Of a DNA stretch of 64,000 bases, positions 58,501 through 64,000 are shown piece by piece. Each line of letters opens with the position of its first letter. Positions within the stretch are counted from its first letter, which is position 1. The position numbers and the translations under genes are program-made. The notes beneath the pieces are model-generated. The model saw only the letters and a program-made list of their open reading frames with translations. It was not told the origin of the DNA and ran no database searches. Origin of the DNA: Verrucomicrobiota bacterium (lineage in GTDB: Bacteria; Verrucomicrobiota; Verrucomicrobiia; Opitutales; Cerasicoccaceae); the NCBI GenBank assembly GCA_039818205.1, contig JBCBUK010000005.1, positions 192,001 through 256,000 of the forward strand. The letters are read 5' to 3'.

Positions 58501-60084
58501 GCCGAAGGCTACATGACCTGTGCAACCTGTCACGTCGATGGCGGGCATGATGGCCGAACCTGGGACTTTACCGGCCGCGGTGAAGGCCTCCGCAATACCA
58601 CCTCATTGCGAGGCCGCGCGGGTATGGGCCATGGCAACGTCCACTGGACAGCAAACTTTGATGAGATTCAGGACTTTGAAAACGACATCCGGAACGGATT
58701 TGGCGGGGAGGGTTTCCTAACCAACAACCAGTTCAGCGCAACCAGCGACACTTTGGGCACGCCCAAGGCTGGGCTTAGCTCAGACCTCGACAGTCTGGCG
58801 GCCTATGTTGCCTCGCTACGCCAAGGCAGCGTGCCCCGTAGTCCACACCGGGACTCCGACGGCTCACTGACGACTCAAGGAGAAGCGGGCCGCGCACTAT
58901 TCAATAGCATGAACTGCGCCGACTGCCACACCGGGGCCTCCTTCACCAACAGCACCGCGCCATTGGCAAACTTGATGGATGTCGGGACGATTCGGACAAC
59001 CTCCGGCAATCGCCTTGGTCAAACTCTGAATGGATTGGACGTGCCCACCCTGCATGGCATCTGGGCAACCGCACCATACTTTCACGACGGTTCGGCACCG
59101 ACTCTGGAGGATGTCTTCTCGATGGCGGGTGGAACGGTAATTCCCGGAGAAACCGGTACGCTTGCTGGCAGCGCTAATATAGTCGCAGGAGGCGGAGTGG
59201 TAAATTCCAACGACGACTCCGCCCATGGTCGGGCATTTGCCAACCTGGAAACCAACGGAAGCGTAAGCTTCAACAATGTAGAGGTCGGCTCGGCAGGCAC
59301 GGGCGCAATCGAGATTCGCTATACGTTGAGCAATCCGCGAAATGTTCGCCTCACCGTCAATGGAGTCAACCACGAGGCTATCCTTCCTGCCACCGGGAAC
59401 TCACCCACATGGCGTCAAACGCACTGGCTAAACTATCGTTGGGAGAACATTAGCTTCAACGCAAACGACAACAACGACATCACAATTACGATGCTCGGCA
59501 ACTGGCCGCCCATTGGCATCGACAACCTCATCGTTTCCACTCCCGACGACCTCGCGCAAGCGCTACCTCACCGCCAAGTTCTTAGCCTAACCCCCAGCGA
59601 GCAAGCCGACCTAATGGCCTATCTGCGGCAACTCGATGGCCGCCCTGAGGATCCGGCAAATCCCAACGCAACCTTCGCGGACTGGATCAATGCCAACGAG
59701 CTCAACGGCATCGAAGCAGATCCAGCAAGCGATGGAGACCTGGACAACATTCTCTTGGCGGAAGAATACCTCTACGATCTCAATCCGTATACCTACTCCA
59801 GCAACCCGGTTCAGGGCGCAGGATTCGAAACGGACCAAAATGACGATCAGTTCTTCACCTTCCTGTATCGCCGAAACAGCAACGCCGGTAATGCCTCCTT
59901 TGTGTTTGAAACTTCAAGCGATCTGTCCATCTGGACAGCACCAACCTTCGATAGTGTGAATGCAATTCAGGAAGTCATCGACCCAGACATCGATGGCGAT
60001 GGTAGCGCCGAGCTCATACGTTATCGCATCCGACTGAACCCTGGCGAAACGCGACTCTTCGGACGGATCGAAACAGTCGAATAA
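55579..60084 (+). CDS. Large secreted multidomain di-heme cytochrome c protein (LVIVD-like propeller, Big_5 Ig-like, PKD, YVTN-type propeller, peroxidase-like di-heme domain with inserted CBM-like module, C-terminal module)
   Basis: Signal peptide; YDISDLSNPVLL and VVDVTDPSN repeats; LTFTPDSDLLPNTTYEV...IEDAAGN; FDYGDGS (PKD); VWTVNPDNNTVT...VGRDPRSIAL; CATCH at 58519-58533 and CADCH at 58915-58929; RNTTSLRG, HWTANFDE and TAPYFHDGSAPTL. Confidence 0.85.
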   Translation: MKSFSSIVRVCLLASTYLTIHSSLTAAGFANVQQTEGALLSGIIAENQGRTALIAYHNGILFSIPESPGSRSGSDLQVRTWNISDPTNPQELAQWGVTPQPGNAHGYTKSGDYLIIGPNGFNVDPWSFRADGALGSGQLTRTQFPSISGFLPVGVRGGLMYPFYVREYWSYSAIPEGEAGYAELRRGTPFTQEPLASWDHIGLTGVIGHPFVVGNLLIYASDQSRTGVATYDISDLSNPVLLDVLTTGGAGGYWPELWGSGDGSLYVVFPYRSGGNGMRVVDVTDPSNIEFVTDIPLSGQEAMYCQFQDEFAFIGNHKIDMRTYQSVLDFHDPANGNGDTTYINVSQFALPIGNLLVTGGVDAFQEGAQGMAIWAHQADPDTRGPYVAYHIPRSGETNYPQSASISLLIHETLETPSIANGTSFIVRPVGGDAISGILSFAFDDILTFTPDSDLLPNTTYEVILPAGGIEDAAGNGMEEYSFTFSTGDNLSGNLAPVISSYTSNQYPLAPGVTVTLSATAADPEGSAIEYRFDYGDGSPKTAWGNSASVDVSYSEPGHYKTSVQVRDTDGSISSAVHTVTVVNALPQPQPTHSTPILCDDNTGYVWTVNPDNNTVTAVDSATLQTIVEAPVGRDPRSIALASDGNIWVTCHDDDQIDILAGDTGLLIQTIPLDYGSAPMGIVMSPDGNTAFVALYGSGDVVRFNAVTRVSTGSTVLGDTPFALAVTADGGNVLVTRLVSPQNHGEVWDVDTGTMTLARTIQLPKFGGGPDFPGTPNLDGTASGRGVPNYLAGIIITPDNQRVWISGTKTNTERGTLFTPDLDQDNTVRNILCAVNLATGQLLDNTIDLDNSISAKGMAYSPLGDYLLVTLEGNDGVLLFDALKFDSTTGTGALLSRLDVGAAPQGVCVDPTTNRIFVKNFMDRSITVLDADSFFQTGDSTMTTTTVGTVSNEQLDPEILLGKQIFYNASDERMSAEGYMTCATCHVDGGHDGRTWDFTGRGEGLRNTTSLRGRAGMGHGNVHWTANFDEIQDFENDIRNGFGGEGFLTNNQFSATSDTLGTPKAGLSSDLDSLAAYVASLRQGSVPRSPHRDSDGSLTTQGEAGRALFNSMNCADCHTGASFTNSTAPLANLMDVGTIRTTSGNRLGQTLNGLDVPTLHGIWATAPYFHDGSAPTLEDVFSMAGGTVIPGETGTLAGSANIVAGGGVVNSNDDSAHGRAFANLETNGSVSFNNVEVGSAGTGAIEIRYTLSNPRNVRLTVNGVNHEAILPATGNSPTWRQTHWLNYRWENISFNANDNNDITITMLGNWPPIGIDNLIVSTPDDLAQALPHRQVLSLTPSEQADLMAYLRQLDGRPEDPANPNATFADWINANELNGIEADPASDGDLDNILLAEEYLYDLNPYTYSSNPVQGAGFETDQNDDQFFTFLYRRNSNAGNASFVFETSSDLSIWTAPTFDSVNAIQEVIDPDIDGDGSAELIRYRIRLNPGETRLFGRIETVE

Positions 60085-60226
60085 GGAAACGCTGGAAGAC
60101 TTCTACATCCACGGCATCAAGATCATGTGCACTCGACTCTCATAGCCAAAAAACGCCAGTCACTACTTACCGGTAACTAGCGCAAGCCCAATCGCAGTGG
60201 GTCTTGATGCCCTAGGGTTACAAGAG

Positions 60227-60261
60227 AAAAGGGCCGTGGAGCTAGGTGCGCTCCACGGCCC
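60227..60261 (-). terminator. Intrinsic terminator for the sulfatase gene, between convergent genes
   Basis: GGGCCGTGGAGC-N7-GCTCCACGGCCC with an A4 tract on the left. Confidence 0.8.
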
Positions 60262-60296
60262 GTAAACCGTTCAATAACCAATCGAACTTGAAAATC

Positions 60297-62630
60297 CTAT
60301 TGAGTCGAAATGATCAAATAGCGAACCTCTTCAGGCACGTGATTCACTTCCGCGTCGAACGAGGCTTCCTCTTCAACCTTTAACTCAACCGAAGTATTCG
60401 ACACGAGTTGCGAACGCAACGCGCTAGTATCTCCGCCGGCAAAGGATGTAATCTGAGCGAACACTGCGGGCCCGCTGATGCTACGACCAAAGTTGAGCAC
60501 GCTCCACTCATGGGTAACCGAGGTGCCCATATTGCCGACGAGAATGTCCGTGCCGTTCTCGGTTCCAAAACCAATACCCGCTGCGAGGTATGCGACGGTT
60601 TCCGCACCGTGGGTTTGGACTGCTGCACCTTGCTCCTTCTGGAGGCGAACGTCAAAGCTTCCCGCAGTAATATTGCGCATGCGAACGCTCGCGCTACTTG
60701 GGTCGTTGTTGGTTACCACTTGGGTCAACACCGTTTGCCCACCAAAGTAGTTGGGGGATTCAAAGCTCACCGTTTGCCAGGCATCGGTCACGCTCGCTAT
60801 GAAGCCAGCCTCAATACCACGACCACCAATCACGTGGCGACCCGCCTCAATTGCGATAAATGGGATGTCTTCGTTAGCCCAGTGATCACCATCAAGATAG
60901 TCCCACTCGTCGACGGTGAATTCAAACCCACTTGGCGTGATGTTTCGCACGCGCACAGTGCTCGGGTCAGCTCCATTGAAGCTTGGTGGACCCATGATGA
61001 TAACCGGGTTGGTGAAGCTTCCCTGCAAGCTTACCGATTTCCAACCGTTTGGCTGTGTCCACTTTTCAATACCCACCTCAATCACTGATGGTTGGCTCGT
61101 CCCTGGGTTGTTGATCGGAGAGGTGCGGTTCGGGCTGTTGCGTAAGGCCAGGTAGCGGTCCCGCATGGTTTGGACCCGTGTGGCTTGCGTCGGATCATTA
61201 ACCAAGTTGCCACTCTCATTCTCACCCGGATTGCTTTGGAGGTTGTAGAGCGCAATTGGTGTGAACACGTTTGCTGCAAAATTAGAGTCGAGCACCAGCT
61301 TCCAGTCGCCCTGACGGAACATGACGTCCTGGGCACTACCGCTTTGGAGAATCAATTCCGAGCGTGGCTGATAAGTGGAATCGCCCTTCAACAGTTTGGA
61401 GAAATCGTGTGAGTCCTTTGCTTCGCCGGACGTCACTTGAACACCAGCAATCGAAGCAATCGTTGCGACGAAGTCCGTGCCGTTAATCATGTGATCTGAA
61501 CGCGAATTGGGCGCAACGACACCAGGCCAGGTCACAATCAATGGAACGAGGTGGCCACCTTCGTGATAGCTATTCTTGTGCCCGCGAACCAATCCACCGT
61601 TTGAGTTGTGGCCAGCGTTTTGCGCCTGCCAATCGAAGAGGCCTCCATTGTCCGAGGTAAAGATGATGACCGTATTATTATATTCGCCGGTGCTCTTGAG
61701 CGCATCAACAATTTTGGATACTTCCCAATCAAGGACGCGGTTCATGTCCAAGTGATAAGTTGGCGTCGTTCCGCGAATGGGTTCTCCATCTAGGGAAACT
61801 TCAGGAGCGTGTGGGATGTGAACGGCTGGCGACCAGTAGCAGAGGAAGAAAGGCTCGCTACGACTCGATGCATCTTGGATGAACGAAACTGCGTTGCTAG
61901 CGAGCTTTTGATTGAGCGTGTATGCGCTCCACAAGGAATCACCCGGCCCCGGGCCCTTATCCGAAACAAACAGTGGATCCAGTGCGGTATTTTCATCCAA
62001 GTGAATGATCTGGGATGCCGGGCCAAACTTGTCCCAGGAGTCGTTGAGGTAAGCCAAGTATACTGGGCCTTGGACGCCCGTAGGTACGGTAAAGTTCCAA
62101 TCGAAACCATAGCTAGAAGGACCACCCGAAACCCAGGTGTTCAAGTCAACTTCCGCAGCGGTCGCATCTTCATCGCGGCCTCGATAGAATTGCGTTGAAC
62201 CATTGCGGCGGAAATCGCCACCCAAGTGCCACTTACCCACAAATCCAGTATAGTATCCTGCGCGTTTTGTGATCCGCGCCAAAGTCGTGTCACTCGCAGT
62301 AATGGCATTCTGACCATATGCGTTCCAAACGCCCCAAGGAGCCGAACTGCGGTAGTTGTAGTTCCCCGACATCACCGCGTAGCGGCTTGGCGCACAAAGC
62401 GAAGTAGGCGAATGCGCGTCGTCAAACCACATGCCTTCGTTCGCCAAGGTGTCCAAAGTTGGCGTAGGAGCCAATGCAGGCTGACCCGTTCGTTCGGTAT
62501 GCTGGCGCCCGATATCACCCGGCCCGACATCGTCGGCCATGATAAGAACAATATTGGGTTTTGCTTGTGCCACTGATACCGCCAGACACGCGACTAACCC
62601 GATGAAAGAAACAACACGTTTTGTGTTCAT
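60297..62630 (-). CDS. Secreted S1 sulfatase with three C-terminal H-type-lectin-like repeats
   Basis: KPNIVLIMADD, CAPSR, GKWHLG, FTSDNG and EGGH; three ~90-aa repeats W..V.[LF].....P.V......N..D....R.RN[IV]T...F......E.......H..E...[YF]. Confidence 0.9.
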   Translation of the reverse strand: MNTKRVVSFIGLVACLAVSVAQAKPNIVLIMADDVGPGDIGRQHTERTGQPALAPTPTLDTLANEGMWFDDAHSPTSLCAPSRYAVMSGNYNYRSSAPWGVWNAYGQNAITASDTTLARITKRAGYYTGFVGKWHLGGDFRRNGSTQFYRGRDEDATAAEVDLNTWVSGGPSSYGFDWNFTVPTGVQGPVYLAYLNDSWDKFGPASQIIHLDENTALDPLFVSDKGPGPGDSLWSAYTLNQKLASNAVSFIQDASSRSEPFFLCYWSPAVHIPHAPEVSLDGEPIRGTTPTYHLDMNRVLDWEVSKIVDALKSTGEYNNTVIIFTSDNGGLFDWQAQNAGHNSNGGLVRGHKNSYHEGGHLVPLIVTWPGVVAPNSRSDHMINGTDFVATIASIAGVQVTSGEAKDSHDFSKLLKGDSTYQPRSELILQSGSAQDVMFRQGDWKLVLDSNFAANVFTPIALYNLQSNPGENESGNLVNDPTQATRVQTMRDRYLALRNSPNRTSPINNPGTSQPSVIEVGIEKWTQPNGWKSVSLQGSFTNPVIIMGPPSFNGADPSTVRVRNITPSGFEFTVDEWDYLDGDHWANEDIPFIAIEAGRHVIGGRGIEAGFIASVTDAWQTVSFESPNYFGGQTVLTQVVTNNDPSSASVRMRNITAGSFDVRLQKEQGAAVQTHGAETVAYLAAGIGFGTENGTDILVGNMGTSVTHEWSVLNFGRSISGPAVFAQITSFAGGDTSALRSQLVSNTSVELKVEEEASFDAEVNHVPEEVRYLIISTQ

Positions 62631-63143
62631 CGATTGAATGAGTTTAAAGCTAGATTTTGATAACTATATAGAGGGATTGAGAAACCAATGCTGGTTTGCT
62701 CGTGCATAGAAAAAGCACATCGCACCCCCATCGCGCAAGCATGTAAGTTTTGGGTCTTTACCTAGGGCATTAAGTCCTTTATTTTGAATTTTTGATCAAA
62801 TTTTAGGGAATAAACCCTCATGCATATACCGCCAAAAAGCACTAAAATCGCGCAAACATACAAAGCTAAGGTTAGCTATTTGCATAACTTTACACGTGCA
62901 ATTAATGAATCCTTCGACTTTTGACAATCGGCTTGGGCTGCGCCAGATATCGATCGCTCAAGAATATGGTCAGCAGTCTAGCCACGAGCCAGATCATGCT
63001 GCTTCACTCCACAACAAAACGGACGATTTCAATCTGCTTACGAAGCTATCGCCAAGCGATAAGACGCAGGCAAATGCCAACGCTCAGCTTAACGCCGGAC
63101 TATTCCAGATTCAGAAGCCAGTGCGAGAAGCGTGATCTTCCAT

Positions 63144-63632
63144 CTACTGAGTAAGCTCCTCTTTGACGCCACCGCAACGTAGCATCATGGAACCATAATA
63201 GGGGTTGGCAACTGTCTCATCGGCTTGTATCCAACTCCCACCTTTTCCACCAAAAGCCATTGGGCAATGAACCAGATAAAGACTTTCACCATCAGGAAGC
63301 GCTTTGCTTTTGACCATCGCAATCATGCCTTCTGACAGAGGCAAAAAGGCAGCTCGCGCCGCCTTAATATCGGTCGATTCGGCAATCGTTGTCGCCGAGG
63401 CTTTCATTTGCGCGATCGATGCACTGCCAACCGGAGCACCATTGGCCAGCTGGACGAATGCCTTGGCACCTTTCTGAGCCTTTCCTAGGTCATCCTCAGC
63501 CAAACCCGACTGCATCTGCAAATAGGGTTGAACAAGAGCTGCCGCAAACTCGGCATTGCCGGACTCTGCGTGAAGGCCAAGGGCCGATGAGAATAAGAAT
63601 ATAAAAGTGAAGAGAGCGATGCGCATAATCAT
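63144..63632 (-). CDS. DUF3347 family periplasmic protein associated with heavy-metal efflux
   Basis: YLQMQSGLAEDD, ARAAFLPLS and HCPMAFGGKGGSWIQ...NPYYGSMMLRCG; ATGA overlap with the cusA-like gene. Confidence 0.85.
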   Translation of the reverse strand: MIMRIALFTFIFLFSSALGLHAESGNAEFAAALVQPYLQMQSGLAEDDLGKAQKGAKAFVQLANGAPVGSASIAQMKASATTIAESTDIKAARAAFLPLSEGMIAMVKSKALPDGESLYLVHCPMAFGGKGGSWIQADETVANPYYGSMMLRCGGVKEELTQ

Positions 63633-64000
63633 GTCGAACCTTGGTGATGTTTAAAACGTAACATTATCTCTGCCAATCCGCAATAGAGTACTGGCACGAC
63701 GAAAATCGATATCGTAGCTAGCACCATGCCACCGAACGATGGTATTGCCATCGGAACCATGATGTCTGAGCCGCGCCCAACCGACGTCAACACCGGGAGT
63801 AAGGCCAAGATCGTAGTCGCGCTGGTCATAATGGCTGGGCGAACGCGTCGCGCACCCGCCTCAATGGTTGCCTGACGAATCGCCTCGATCGAATCTGGCT
63901 TCCGGTTCTTGAAGGTCTGCTGTAAGTAGGTGCAGACGATCACCCCGTCGTCGGTAGCGATACCAAACAACGCCAGGAAGCCCACCCAAACAGCAACGCT
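63629..64000 (-). CDS. cusA: CusA-type heavy-metal RND efflux permease (C-terminal part; gene starts beyond the window)
   Basis: SVAVWVGFLALFGIATDDGV...GARRVRPAIMTSATTILALLP...GRGSDIMVPMAIPSFGG. Confidence 0.88.
   Translation of the reverse strand, partial: SVAVWVGFLALFGIATDDGVIVCTYLQQTFKNRKPDSIEAIRQATIEAGARRVRPAIMTSATTILALLPVLTSVGRGSDIMVPMAIPSFGGMVLATISIFVVPVLYCGLAEIMLRFKHHQGST

Noticed and set aside
62896..63154. Small ORFs 62896-63135 and 62921-63154
   Set aside because: No motif, signal peptide or RBS, and the two frames overlap and compete, so neither can be supported.
1..64000. CRISPR arrays, tRNA/rRNA genes, transposases, integrases, prophage genes
   Set aside because: I saw no regularly spaced repeat-spacer pattern, cloverleaf or rRNA signature, or mobile-element protein motif. 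The long repeats present are intragenic domain duplications.

Overview
Gene-dense bacterial chromosome segment, most likely from a marine Verrucomicrobiota (Opitutia-like) polysaccharide degrader. The taxonomy is inferred from two PEP-CTERM proteins, three Tat-exported Gfo/Idh/MocA oxidoreductases, Cys-type sulfatases, helical-repeat membrane proteins and SD-less C-rich leaders. About 38 CDS are supported. They include two GH86-like beta-agarase/porphyranases, two paralogous sulfatases with different accessory tails, a DUF5060 protein, a BNR-4 propeller, a beta-helix protein, an unassigned GH-like protein, two secreted c-type heme proteins, AraC regulators, a tandem double-XylR regulator, a BlaI/BlaR1-like pair, ABC and MFS transporters, and the 3' end of a cusA-like gene. 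I saw no rRNA, tRNA, CRISPR array or transposase. The top leads are: (1) a recurrent Sx[DN]LxxW...FxR[IV] module, usually C-terminal, in six unrelated secreted proteins, a candidate sorting/export tag; (2) a BlaI/BlaR1-like system with a lectin-like sensor and phased palindromic operators, divergent from a 1,500-aa di-heme protein that has a CBM inserted in its cytochrome domain; (3) a domain shared between a secreted propeller enzyme and the adjacent PEP-CTERM protein; (4) two promoter-to-terminator non-coding units that are candidate sRNA/riboswitch elements. All family calls come from motif recognition by eye; no database searches were run.
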